Positions 7,789-17,967 are shown, counted from the first letter of the stretch. The stretch is DNA of 64,000 nucleotides from Pseudobdellovibrionaceae bacterium (GCA_044359815.1 JBIKLL010000005.1:18840-82839); one strand, 5' to 3'. Notes: generated from the sequence alone by a model not told the origin. Translations and numbers: made by a program.

Positions 7789-10040
7789 CAGGGGCTGGCG
7801 ATGCCGGTGGCTTTATTGACTGTGCCTAGGCCATGATAAGCCTTGGTTCCAAATCCCATGAGATCGCCACCCACTACAACTTGGGTGGATGTAAATCCTA
7901 AATCAAAAGCTTCAAAAGTTCCGGAGCGGGAAGTGTCTGGCAACCAGGATGGATCAAAAGCCAAAGTGGTTTCATTGTATCTGCGCACATCATTGTCAGT
8001 GCCTACATAAATCCATCCGTTATCGATTCCGACGGCTTGTGCGGCTGTATTGGGAAAGGTTGGAGTGACATAAGTAACTGCAGCTGGGTTAGTAAAATCA
8101 ATCGCACTAAATCTGCGAAAGGCATTAGCACCCATATTGTTAAATTCACCGACTGCAATTAATTTATTTGTAGCAGTTGAGTGTTCGATATTCTGAACCA
8201 CGCCGTCGGGATTGGGTAACCAAGCTAAATCAATGGCAGCAGTTGTGGGGTGAACCCTGGCCAATCGACGAACGCTGGTATTACCGCTTAATCGTGTGAA
8301 CGCTCCAGCTACATAAATCTGTCCACCGATATGTTTGACCTGATTGATTTGATTATTTGCGTTCGGATTCCAAGGCAGCAATACAAACGATGGAAAACTG
8401 GTTAAATCCAATGCTGCCAAACGATTGCGAGCTGTTGAATTAACCAAACCAAAATCACCACCGACGTAAACTGTGTTTCCCACAATCTCGGTACTGTAAA
8501 CCGGATTATCAATATCTGTATTAAATCCTGCGATAATCGCCCCAGTGTTTTCGTTAACTGCAAACAGTCCATCGAGCCCCGATACCGGAGTGTGCCCAAT
8601 TAATAAACTGGTGCTAAATTTATTAATTGAAAAAACTGAGTGGTTTGTACCCGTAATCGGCGAAGTGAATGCCGGATCAACCAATCCTGTGGCTAGATTT
8701 ATTTTTGCCAGTCCTCGACGTAAAAATGGATTTTTAACTCCCAAAGTCCCAGCAAAATAGACCTCAGTCGCATTTGCAGCCATACTGAATGTTGTGCCAG
8801 CAAAATTTCCTGCTGAATCCTGTAACACTGTTTTCCAGCCAGTATCAATAACTCCAGTCAGCTTATTGGCCTTGCGTCCGTTAGCACTGATGATGTCTGA
8901 GCCCACAATCACAAAATCCAACTGCATTGAGTTGCCAAAATTTGTTTGAACGGCTGCGGTAGTTGGGTGCAGTCGCAATAATGTAGCAGTTGTTGGTGCA
9001 AAAGATGGATGAGCAATCGCTCCAGCTAATACGTAAGTGCTGATTCCATCGTACTCAATATTGTAGAAGTAGGTACTGAGTGTTCCTATATCAAAAGTCG
9101 CTACTTGGTTGACACGATTTGCATGCACCATTGCAAAATCAATTCTTGAATTGCCACCGACTGTTTCAAACTCGCCACCTATGTATAAACTGGGATCACC
9201 ACTGGGTGAAAGTGTCGGACCGATCTCAATTTCATTTACAAAAGTCTGCGTGGTGGTGTGGGTAAAGCTTAGGCTAAGGCTTGGAACCAAAACATTTGTG
9301 TTTAGATTTACTGCAGCCACATGTTGTCGCGCAGAATTGGATCCACCAATGTTGATGTTATTAAAATACCCGCCCAAATACATAATGTCCGTGACCAGAT
9401 CTATTTCAAAATCTGAAATTGAAGCGTCAGCCCTAACATTAAATGCTGTATTCACTGAACCAGTCAGCAAATCAATTTTGGCCATGCTGTGGGAGCCAAA
9501 GCCGTCACTGTACAATGTTCCACCACCTAAATATAAAAATCCTTCGTGAACCTTCATCTGATTGACAGCTAAACCGTCCATTGGAATACTAGTGTTCCAC
9601 GTCAGATCCAAGGTTCCATCGGCATTAATTTTTGAAAGTCCTTCATGCAAAAATCCACCGACGTATTTGTAAGCGCCGCTTACAATCCAACCGCCCGATG
9701 GGTGAGCTACAACTGCTGTGGTGTATCCATCAATCAAATGATAGTTGGGAGCCAGTGATGAAATATTTCCATTTGAAACATTAATTGGAACCCCAGATCC
9801 TGAGCACTCTCCAGCGTACACAAAATTACCTGCCAAATACATACTGGTGTTTTCAACAAAAACATCATTGACGGTCGCATTATTGCCACCATTCCTATCA
9901 CCAAAAACGCAAACACCGGTACCCATCAAAGAAAGGACCCCGTTGTTTTTGTTTTTCCAAAATGAATTTTGGTGAAAAATTGCTTCAGTTGAAAACGAAA
10001 AAAGGTATGAAAACAAAAATAGAAAAATAAATGTTTTCAA
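7788..10040 (-). CDS. Secreted beta-propeller/delta-60-like repeat protein
   Basis: TTG start with GGTGGGG RBS; signal peptide; repeated YVGGxF, RxxLAx and DxxW-x-P-x-x-(D/N) blades. Confidence 0.8.
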   Translation of the reverse strand: MKTFIFLFLFSYLFSFSTEAIFHQNSFWKNKNNGVLSLMGTGVCVFGDRNGGNNATVNDVFVENTSMYLAGNFVYAGECSGSGVPINVSNGNISSLAPNYHLIDGYTTAVVAHPSGGWIVSGAYKYVGGFLHEGLSKINADGTLDLTWNTSIPMDGLAVNQMKVHEGFLYLGGGTLYSDGFGSHSMAKIDLLTGSVNTAFNVRADASISDFEIDLVTDIMYLGGYFNNINIGGSNSARQHVAAVNLNTNVLVPSLSLSFTHTTTQTFVNEIEIGPTLSPSGDPSLYIGGEFETVGGNSRIDFAMVHANRVNQVATFDIGTLSTYFYNIEYDGISTYVLAGAIAHPSFAPTTATLLRLHPTTAAVQTNFGNSMQLDFVIVGSDIISANGRKANKLTGVIDTGWKTVLQDSAGNFAGTTFSMAANATEVYFAGTLGVKNPFLRRGLAKINLATGLVDPAFTSPITGTNHSVFSINKFSTSLLIGHTPVSGLDGLFAVNENTGAIIAGFNTDIDNPVYSTEIVGNTVYVGGDFGLVNSTARNRLAALDLTSFPSFVLLPWNPNANNQINQVKHIGGQIYVAGAFTRLSGNTSVRRLARVHPTTAAIDLAWLPNPDGVVQNIEHSTATNKLIAVGEFNNMGANAFRRFSAIDFTNPAAVTYVTPTFPNTAAQAVGIDNGWIYVGTDNDVRRYNETTLAFDPSWLPDTSRSGTFEAFDLGFTSTQVVVGGDLMGFGTKAYHGLGTVNKATGIASP

Positions 10041-10398
10041 AAGTTCCCCACCTGAAATGTGCAGTTTAGAACTTATTTAATCGAAAGTCTAAACCACAGC
10101 TATATTAAGGATACCTTAAAAAAATATTGGGACAAAAAGGTAATTGGTATATTAATTGTTAAGATTCTCAAAATGATACAAAAATTCTAATTTGTTTTGG
10201 TCGATCTTAAATTCGTAATAGGTTATATCGAACAGTTTCATCGCATCACAAAATATGCATCAAATTGTTAAATTCAAAAAATAAATCAGAGAAATTCAGA
10301 TCGGTGTTCGCCCACCAGAGGGAAACTCAGCCTTTGTATCATATTGTGTTGATCAGCATATCAATCTAAGACGTTGCTTGAATAAGCGGGTAAAACGT

Positions 10399-10425
10399 TC
10401 AAGATTTTTACAGGACTTCCGATCA
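10399..10425 (+). promoter_or_regulatory. sigma28 (FliA)-type promoter
   Basis: TCAA-N15-TCCGATCA, ending 10 nt before ATG 10436. Confidence 0.6.
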
Positions 10426-10435
10426 GTTAACTAGG

Positions 10436-12772
10436 ATGGCAGGACGTACGCGCAGTTTAAATCAATCAGGTTCGGTGTTAATTCTGACAATGGTGATTGC
10501 AGGGTTGATGTCCTTTATTGTATTTTCGATGCTGAATGTGCGTAATCATCATTTAAAACAAATGAGCTCGATCAAACAAAAGCTGGCGGCGCACTTGATT
10601 ATGGAAGCCGTTGGTCAGCGAATGAAATCAGCTTACGATATGTATTTGCCCTATGAAGACGGCACGACTCCACCAGCTGATGCTTGTTATGGTGGTGAAT
10701 GGCATAATATCACCTTTTTCAAAAGCGATGTCACAGCCGTGCAAGAATCTGCGTATTTTTGCTTTCCTAAAAACGGCGAAATCTGCGTGCAAAATCCTTT
10801 TAATCAAAATGACACTGAAGCTTGTTTCAGTTTACAGAATTTTCAAAACAGTGGTGTGGCCCAGGTTGAAGGCTTAAGCGAAAATCAAATCGCAAAAACT
10901 AATTTGCTAAGGCCAAACATTGATGTGGCAAAATCTTGGAACATCAGTTCTGAACAATTACAAAAATGGCAGACAGCAAAGCTTCCCGTATTTTTGCAAA
11001 TGGGTGCTGGCAATAAAGCTCATGCCGACATTGGCGGGATGTTTTCATTAGGTGATATTAATTTCTCTAATATTGTGTCTTCAATCTTTGGTAATTCTAG
11101 CAATCAATCAAATAATCAGTCAGATGATCAAAATAATTCTGGCCAAAACGAACCAGCCAGTGCCAATGGTGTGGCGAACACCAGCGCTATGGCTGATAAA
11201 GTTATAGGTAGCGGCCGAGCAGATGATGGATCCACTGGTATAGGAATGGCCGGTGCTGGTGGAGTAGGAATCAGTGCAACCAGAGCAGATGCCAACCTGG
11301 GCAGTAGAAACAAACATATAGAAGGCGACGGCGCAGTAGTAATCAATCCTAATAATGGAGCAAATTCTATTGGTGGGATCAATCCCGGCGGTACAGTTAC
11401 TGGTGCTGGTCAAAATAATTCCGGACTGTTGGGGTCAGGAACTGGATCGCAAACAGGTTTTGGCAATGGAGTTGGCAACGGCTCACATACAGGAATCGGC
11501 AGTGGATCGCAGAGTGGTATTGGGGCTGGGGCAATCAACGGTTCGGGTGTCGGAGTTGGTACCGGATCGACAATTGGATCAGTGATCAAGATTAAAAATA
11601 AAAATAAAAACCCTGGCATTGACACTCCACAACCTTGGTTGGCGACGCCCACTAACGCGCCAGAAATTGCAAACACGGCGGAAGTTTCGAAAGAAAACAT
11701 CGACATGACTTGCGATGGGATGAATAAATGTGTCAAGTTCACAGCGTGTTTATCGAAAAACTGTGACAATGCAAAACAGGTATCACAATTATTTGCATTC
11801 AAATCACCCAGATCCAAAACTGTTTTTCCAACAGCGAAAAGCACTCTGACCAAATCCGTTGATCCAACCGATGAATTGTGTTGGTCGGCTCCTGAATCAG
11901 AACAGTTAGGCGTAAAGTGCACTTTAACTGGTCCTTGCACAACCGAAGGTGCTGAAGGCGGCGAATGCACAGGCGGCATCTATACGGAATTTAGAGATAT
12001 AGAAACTCATAGGATGAACGCAAGGGATATTCGGGGAGCAGATAGAGGTGGCCAACCGCCAACTCAGAATCATATTCAAAGAATTGTTGTTCTTGAAAAG
12101 ACAGGCAGTTTCAGTTTAGGCAAAGCCCAATGTGTGCGAAAAGCAGTTGGTTCCTGCAGTGGCGAAGTATTGAGTTGCGAGGACAAAGTCATCACGGCAG
12201 CAATTCCTGGGAAAAGCTGCCATGCAACCCGCACGAACGAGCCCTGCAGCGTTGATGTTGATTTGGCAACATTGAAAGAGTTTGAAGGATTGGATTTTAG
12301 CCATGAAAAAGAAATCATCGTAAACGCAAAGACCTACATTAACCGTGTAACCACACCTGCTTGTGCGATAGACCGATCTTTGACAATAGACTACGGAAAA
12401 GAAAGTGCAAATATATCTGAAGGTGGCAAGAAATCTCTAAATACCGAAGCAACAATTAAAGGTACAAAATTAACAGTCCGAGATTACCCCATGGGTTGGG
12501 GTGGGGCTCGAGGCCGTGGATGCGTCAACAGCCTAAAGGTCACTGTAAAACTCAGAAACAATTCGGCAAACTGTGTAGCTAAACGTGAAGAGCAAGAAGC
12601 CAAAATCGCTGAAAAAGCTTTAGCCAGTGAAGGTTGTTTAGCAGACGGTTCCGGTAAACCTTTCCAGGGCAGATTAACTGCATCGCAAAGAATGGTTTTA
12701 TTTAAAGGGAGTGCTTTTGGAAATGCAAATTTAGGAACTTCTGTCGGAAATACCGGTACTTTGTGCCACTAA
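10436..12772 (+). CDS. Large pilin-like (PilX-type N-terminus) protein with Gly/Ser/Asn linker and Cys-rich C-terminus
   Basis: NQSG|SVLILTMVIAGLMSFIVF resembles a prepilin-like leader plus TM helix; low-complexity centre; many cysteines in the last 360 aa. Confidence 0.7.
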   Translation: MAGRTRSLNQSGSVLILTMVIAGLMSFIVFSMLNVRNHHLKQMSSIKQKLAAHLIMEAVGQRMKSAYDMYLPYEDGTTPPADACYGGEWHNITFFKSDVTAVQESAYFCFPKNGEICVQNPFNQNDTEACFSLQNFQNSGVAQVEGLSENQIAKTNLLRPNIDVAKSWNISSEQLQKWQTAKLPVFLQMGAGNKAHADIGGMFSLGDINFSNIVSSIFGNSSNQSNNQSDDQNNSGQNEPASANGVANTSAMADKVIGSGRADDGSTGIGMAGAGGVGISATRADANLGSRNKHIEGDGAVVINPNNGANSIGGINPGGTVTGAGQNNSGLLGSGTGSQTGFGNGVGNGSHTGIGSGSQSGIGAGAINGSGVGVGTGSTIGSVIKIKNKNKNPGIDTPQPWLATPTNAPEIANTAEVSKENIDMTCDGMNKCVKFTACLSKNCDNAKQVSQLFAFKSPRSKTVFPTAKSTLTKSVDPTDELCWSAPESEQLGVKCTLTGPCTTEGAEGGECTGGIYTEFRDIETHRMNARDIRGADRGGQPPTQNHIQRIVVLEKTGSFSLGKAQCVRKAVGSCSGEVLSCEDKVITAAIPGKSCHATRTNEPCSVDVDLATLKEFEGLDFSHEKEIIVNAKTYINRVTTPACAIDRSLTIDYGKESANISEGGKKSLNTEATIKGTKLTVRDYPMGWGGARGRGCVNSLKVTVKLRNNSANCVAKREEQEAKIAEKALASEGCLADGSGKPFQGRLTASQRMVLFKGSAFGNANLGTSVGNTGTLCH

Positions 12773-12862
12773 CCAAATTCGTACAGTCATCTTATATCAT
12801 GCGTGCGACTTGAACTAGCTACAACCCAAAATAAAAATTAATAAACACTAATTTGACCGAGC

Positions 12863-12984
12863 TGCTTTTCTAAAAAATTTTAAATTTACAGAATTAAAAA
12901 CAATTTCGGACGTTAAGCTGCGAGGATGAATTACATTATTCAATTACATCCTTCAGGCGCAGCTTAGCGCCCGCTGTTCGAGTT
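12863..12984 (+). repeat. Solo, right-truncated copy of the C/D bulged hairpin module
   Basis: TTCGGACGTTAAGCTGCG...CGCAGCTTAGCGCCCGCTGTTCGAGTT matches the cores at about 17776 and 18716; a decayed left AT-rich arm is present. Confidence 0.75.
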
Positions 12985-13880
12985 CAGATTTGACCTTTCA
13001 GTCTGGCAATTCTCACATCCAAATCGGGGTGGGTTGAAAACAGCTGCAAAAATTTGTTAGGCTTGCCAGAAATTTTTAATGATGCAATCGCTGGTTGATC
13101 ATCCTGAACCGCCATCGCTGGATGGTAATTCAGTTTCAGTTTTTCCAGTGCCGCAATCATTGCTGGTTTGCCTGCCAAATCTGCTCCGCCTTGGTCAGCC
13201 CGAAATTCGCGTCTGCGCGAAAATCCCGCAACCACTATCATACCCAAAATTCCTAAAACAATTTCCAGTCCAATCACGACTGCAAACTGCACCATGGGAC
13301 GCTTTTGTTCATCAACCAATTGGCTGACAAAAAATCCAGCCACTCTGGCTAAAAACATCACAAAGGCATTCACAATCCCTTGAACCAAAGTCATCGTTAC
13401 CATGTCACCGTTTGCAATGTGGGCAACTTCGTGGGCCAACACGCCTTCGACTTCGGCATGGTTCATCCGCTCTAGCAATCCAGTTGATACTGCAACCAAT
13501 GATCTGTTTTTGGTAGGCCCTGTGGCAAATGCATTGATGTCTGGGCTTTCATATATACCGACTTCGGGCATGACCGTTAATCCAGCTTTTTGCGACAACT
13601 GATACACTCGACGAACCAGCTCAGCATGACGTGACGAATGGTCGTCAGGCGAAATTATTTTTACGCCCATCATCCATTTTGCCATGACCTTGGATAAAGC
13701 CAGCGAAATAAAGGCTCCACCAAAACCCCACAGCAAACAGAACACCATCAGTGATTGGTAATTTAAACCCTGCGCGTTCAGGTAGGGTTGAATCCCCAAC
13801 ACCGACATCACGATGGTCATTGTGGCCACAATCAAAATATTGACGGCCATGAACAAGAAAACTCTTTTTGCTATTTTCAT
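12984..13880 (-). CDS. htpX: Membrane zinc metalloprotease HtpX
   Basis: NAFATG, HEVAHIANGDMVTMTL, FSRRREFRAD and FSTHP motifs. Confidence 0.95.
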   Translation of the reverse strand: MKIAKRVFLFMAVNILIVATMTIVMSVLGIQPYLNAQGLNYQSLMVFCLLWGFGGAFISLALSKVMAKWMMGVKIISPDDHSSRHAELVRRVYQLSQKAGLTVMPEVGIYESPDINAFATGPTKNRSLVAVSTGLLERMNHAEVEGVLAHEVAHIANGDMVTMTLVQGIVNAFVMFLARVAGFFVSQLVDEQKRPMVQFAVVIGLEIVLGILGMIVVAGFSRRREFRADQGGADLAGKPAMIAALEKLKLNYHPAMAVQDDQPAIASLKISGKPNKFLQLFSTHPDLDVRIARLKGQI

Positions 13881-14944
13881 GTTAATTCTCCTTTTTTATC
13901 TGTTTTTATTCCATTTGGACTTTGACCAGTGGCTGCTTTGGTTTTTCTGTAATCCCTGATCAGCGAAGCCACAACGCTGCTGCCAATAAAGAACGTGATG
14001 ATTGTCAGTGACCATCCAATCGGAAATTTGCCACCGAACAGTTCATTCAGGTAAGTCATTTTTAATCCCACAAATATCAACACAAATGCCAAACCATATT
14101 TGATGTAAATAAATTTATCCATCACCCCTGCCAACATAAAATACATGCTTCGCAGACCCAGGATGGCAAAGATATTTGAGGTAAACACAATCAATGGCTC
14201 CTTGGTCAGCGCAAAAATGGCCGGCACAGAATCTACCGCAAAGATAATGTCGGTGAATTCCATAAACACTAAAGCCACAAATAGTGGAGTTGCAACCAGG
14301 GCGCCGTTTTTGCGTGTAAAAAACTTTTGCCCATCCAGCTTGTCACTGACAGGAATGAATTTTTTAATAAATTTCAGTAAAGCATTTTGATCTAAGCTTT
14401 TTTGTTCGGTGCCAGCAAAAAACATTTTTACACCAGTCAGGATCAACAGACCGCCAAAAAACACCACGACCCATTTGTATTCCATCAACACTGAACCCAG
14501 GGCGATAAAAATCCCTCTAAAAACCAGGGCTCCTAAAATACCCCAGAATAAAATCCTGTGTTGGTACATTTTTGGTATAGCAAAATACGAAAACACAACG
14601 GCAAAAACAAAAATGTTATCCACCGCCAATGATTTTTCGATCACATATCCAGTTAAAAATTCTAGGGCTGTGGATCTGGCCTGGTGAGCAGGGTCAAAAC
14701 CAGGGATGGATGTGTATGTAGGATCTGTCGCAAATTTCCAACTGGAATAATAATACAGAAAAATATTAAAAACCGCTGCCAAGCCAATCCATACTGTGGT
14801 CCAAATCGAAGCTTCTTTGAAAGAAACCTCGTGAGCTTTTTTGTGAAACACACCTAAATCCAACAGCAACAGCAATAGGACTAGTCCCAAAAAGCCTGCA
14901 TAAAACCACCAGTAATCAGCGAACGGAAACAGCAACATCTTCAA
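13877..14944 (-). CDS. TerC/Alx-family membrane protein
   Basis: EKSLAVDNIFVF, DIIFAVDSVPA and SNIFAILGLRSMYF motifs; 4-nt overlap with htpX. Confidence 0.95.
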   Translation of the reverse strand: MKMLLFPFADYWWFYAGFLGLVLLLLLLDLGVFHKKAHEVSFKEASIWTTVWIGLAAVFNIFLYYYSSWKFATDPTYTSIPGFDPAHQARSTALEFLTGYVIEKSLAVDNIFVFAVVFSYFAIPKMYQHRILFWGILGALVFRGIFIALGSVLMEYKWVVVFFGGLLILTGVKMFFAGTEQKSLDQNALLKFIKKFIPVSDKLDGQKFFTRKNGALVATPLFVALVFMEFTDIIFAVDSVPAIFALTKEPLIVFTSNIFAILGLRSMYFMLAGVMDKFIYIKYGLAFVLIFVGLKMTYLNELFGGKFPIGWSLTIITFFIGSSVVASLIRDYRKTKAATGQSPNGIKTDKKGELT

Positions 14945-15006
14945 CTCCAGTCATGTGTTAGTAATATTTAAACCTTGTCATGCGACTATTATCGGTGATT
15001 TAATTG

Positions 15007-15023
15007 TATCGCACAAATCGATA
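15007..15023. promoter_or_regulatory. Candidate LysR box
   Basis: TATCG-N7-CGATA dyad containing T-N11-A, in the divergent terC/lysR intergenic region. Confidence 0.5.
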
Positions 15024-15139
15024 AAAATATTGTTTTGTATATCTTAATACAATACATTAAATCGATTGCAGTCTGCATAACTTAGTTCTGGTTAATATAT
15101 GCGCTTTAAGACGAAAAACGAACAAAAAAAGGATGAAAA

Positions 15140-16069
15140 ATGAACCAAGTTAAAAACCAAACTCAAGCAAACCAATCAGTGCCATTGGGTAAATGGATCA
15201 ATTATCATCATCTGTATTATTTTAAAATCATCGCTGAGGAAGGCACAGTGTCCAAGGCTGCCGAAAGACTTCGCATTGGACAGCCTACATTGAGTGCACA
15301 ATTGATGCAGTTTGAGGATTCTTTGGACGTAAAGCTATTTGAGAGGCAGCACAAAAAATTGATTTTGACCGAGCAGGGTAAAATTGCTTTGGATTACGCC
15401 AAAAATATTTTTCGCATGGGCTCGGAAATGTACGAGGTTTTACACGACAGGTTAAAGCCGCTCAAACCAACACTGCATATGGGAGCATTGGACAGTGTGC
15501 CCAAACAAGTGGTTTTACAAATGGCAAAGGCCGCTTTAAAAATTTCGCCCTGCCAAATCACTTTGCTTGAGGGGCGCCCTGATGAACTGCTTCGAGAACT
15601 TTCGGCGCATAGAATAGATTTAGTGTTAACTAATTTTCTGCCAACAGGTCCTGACGCAAAAGGGATTTATTCAAAGCTGATCAGCAAAAGCAATATTGGT
15701 TTTTACGGTGCTACTAAATATAAATATCTGCGCAAGGATTTTCCGAAATCAATTTCTGCTCAACCCATAGTTACTCCGACCTATGACAGTAAACTGCGAT
15801 ACGATCTGGATCATTGGGCCAAGGTCCATGAAATCGAACTAAACATTGTTATTGAAAGCCAAGACATCGCTGTCAAAAAATTAGTCGCAGTAAACGAAAT
15901 AGCTTTGATACCAACGGCCAGTCATTCAATCACCCACCAAGTATTAAATGGTGAATTGTGTGAAATCGGAATCCTTAAAGGTGTTTACGAAGAACTGCAC
16001 CTGTTGAGTGCCAATCGTAAAATCCCAAATCCGATCGCTCAAAAAATCTTCGACAGTTTTTCAATATAG
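15140..16069 (+). CDS. LysR-family regulator (NhaR-like)
   Basis: NYHHLYYF...AAERL...QPTLSAQ HTH; DSVPK and HRIDLVL substrate-binding motifs. Confidence 0.9.
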   Translation: MNQVKNQTQANQSVPLGKWINYHHLYYFKIIAEEGTVSKAAERLRIGQPTLSAQLMQFEDSLDVKLFERQHKKLILTEQGKIALDYAKNIFRMGSEMYEVLHDRLKPLKPTLHMGALDSVPKQVVLQMAKAALKISPCQITLLEGRPDELLRELSAHRIDLVLTNFLPTGPDAKGIYSKLISKSNIGFYGATKYKYLRKDFPKSISAQPIVTPTYDSKLRYDLDHWAKVHEIELNIVIESQDIAVKKLVAVNEIALIPTASHSITHQVLNGELCEIGILKGVYEELHLLSANRKIPNPIAQKIFDSFSI

Positions 16070-16167
16070 GTTTAAACAATACATATATATTTATTTATCT
16101 ATTTTATAAATCCAAGGTAAAGCCGTAATCTATCTTTGAGAGCAACAAACAAACCCGGGAGGCGACT

Positions 16168-17220
16168 GTGTTGAGTTCAAAGAGATTATCCCTGAAATCT
16201 ATCATCAGTTCAGAAGACGGCGTTCACCTGACTGTCTATATCAAAAAAAATGAAAATCTGAAGGACTGCCGTAGGCAATTTAAAGACGCTATCGAGATGG
16301 CCACCGAATACCTGATGCCCGTTATGTCCCCAGAAGACAGACATAAATTTTTAGCTCCATTGGTAAAGCTGTCCAAAGACAATCAGTTGCTGGCCAAATT
16401 TAGTGGTAACGTCGGGATTTTCAGGACACAAGAATCATTTAGAGTCTTGAATTTACCAGTCGAGCTGGAGTCCATGTGCACCGTCGCGACCAGCTTTCAT
16501 GTAAAACCATTACTGAAATGGCTTCAGACAGACCGAGAATATTTGCTCTTGGGTGTAGAAGACAAACTGATCACGCTTTACCATGGCACGCTTCAGTCGC
16601 TAGAGCTTGTTGATTCGCTTTTTACAGACAAGGTTGAGCATTTAAATGAATGGCTCAAGGATCTGACAAAATCCAATAAACCCAGACTGTACATTGCTGG
16701 AGATCCTCAACTGGTAAAACCCCTTTTGAAAGGGATGAAGTATTCAAATCTGGAAAGAACTTCGGTACGAGATTATTTCAATCGGGAAACAGTTGGACTT
16801 ATCACAACAGAAATCAAAGAGGACATTCGCAAAGATGCCCGCGATCATCTGGAGCGCTCAATCATGGAATTTTATTGGGCCGAGGATTTGAATTTAGCCA
16901 AAAAAAATATTTTTCAGATTGGCAAAGCCGCTATCAAAGGCACCATCAAAAAACTGATTGTGGCAGAAGGCATAAATATTTTTGGCAAGCTGGATAAAAA
17001 AACAGGTGGGATGAGCATCCATCCTGTCGACATGGATCACGAGGACGACGATCTGTTGGATGATTTGGCACAAGCCGTGATTGCTCAAGGTGGCGAAGTC
17101 ATCGTAGCGCCTCGCGAACAAATACCCAAAGGCAGACCTTTGTTGGCGATATTGAAAGATGATCAAGAAGACAGTCTTGAGGCCTACAGCAACGCATTTG
17201 AAATGACCAAAATTGTATAA
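16168..17220 (+). CDS. Bacterial archaeo-eukaryotic release factor-like protein (baeRF3-like)
   Basis: HLTVY at the N-terminus, VATSFHVKPLL, and C-terminal DDLLDDLAQAVIAQGGEV...LAIL L7Ae-like segment; GGAGG RBS. Confidence 0.75.
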   Translation: MLSSKRLSLKSIISSEDGVHLTVYIKKNENLKDCRRQFKDAIEMATEYLMPVMSPEDRHKFLAPLVKLSKDNQLLAKFSGNVGIFRTQESFRVLNLPVELESMCTVATSFHVKPLLKWLQTDREYLLLGVEDKLITLYHGTLQSLELVDSLFTDKVEHLNEWLKDLTKSNKPRLYIAGDPQLVKPLLKGMKYSNLERTSVRDYFNRETVGLITTEIKEDIRKDARDHLERSIMEFYWAEDLNLAKKNIFQIGKAAIKGTIKKLIVAEGINIFGKLDKKTGGMSIHPVDMDHEDDDLLDDLAQAVIAQGGEVIVAPREQIPKGRPLLAILKDDQEDSLEAYSNAFEMTKIV

Positions 17221-17232
17221 GGAGATTACAAT

Positions 17233-17598
17233 ATGAAAATCAGATTCAAAAATTTGCATAGATCAGAACTGGCAAAGGACGTTGTGACCGAGCGGATGTC
17301 GCTGGTGTTTTTAAGATTTCCTGAACTGCTACCTGAAAGCACCTCGGTGACATTAAGCATGGAGAATTCACCGGTAAAGGCTGGGCCAGATTTATTTACG
17401 GTCAAGTTTTTATGTATGGGCGGTAAATACAAAGGCGTCATCATGAACAAATCGGCGCCGACTTTGTATCAGGCTCTGGCGGATTTGGTTGAACATTTAC
17501 TGGAAAGATTAAATCGCTTTGGGGATAAAAAGCGGATTAAAAATCTGCGCGAGGCTCGACGCCCCAAATTTAAGCTGGAACCTGCAAACCCTGATTAG
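17233..17598 (+). CDS. HPF/RaiA-family ribosome-associated protein
   Basis: MKIRFKNL...LYQALADLVEHLLERLNR...KKR pattern matching the HPF fold; GGAG RBS. Confidence 0.7.
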   Translation: MKIRFKNLHRSELAKDVVTERMSLVFLRFPELLPESTSVTLSMENSPVKAGPDLFTVKFLCMGGKYKGVIMNKSAPTLYQALADLVEHLLERLNRFGDKKRIKNLREARRPKFKLEPANPD

Positions 17599-17625
17599 CA
17601 AAAACCAGAATCCAAAATAAAAACA

Positions 17626-17652
17626 GCGCCCAGCTTCCCTGGCTGGCGCTTT
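17626..17652 (+). terminator. Probable intrinsic terminator
   Basis: AGCGC(C)CAGC-loop-GCTGGCGCT hairpin followed by a short T run, after the HPF gene. Confidence 0.5.
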
Positions 17653-17666
17653 AAAAAGAGACCGTT

Positions 17667-17962
17667 AAAAGAGACCGTACGACTTTTTCTGTCTACAGCG
17701 CATGACAAACGGTTATTAAAATTTAAATGCCATAGTGCTTTTTATAAAAAAATCTAAATTGGTAATTTTAAAAACGAGTTCGGACGGGAAGCTGCGCGGA
17801 TGATTTAAATGCATTCAGTACTTAAATGCGCGCAGCTTTGCGCCCGCTGTTTGAGTTTTTGAAACTGCCAATTTAGATTTTTTTATAAAAAGCATTATGG
17901 CATTTCTAGAATGTTGCTTTTCACATTGCGGTGTAGACAGAAAAAGTCGTACGGTCTCTTTT
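17667..17962. mobile_element. 30-bp TIR family, copy 3 (296 bp), containing a nested C/D hairpin
   Basis: Exact TIR pair; internal fold-back at about 17725-17905; partial TIR duplicate at 17654-17665. Confidence 0.8.
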
Positions 17963-17967
17963 AAACG

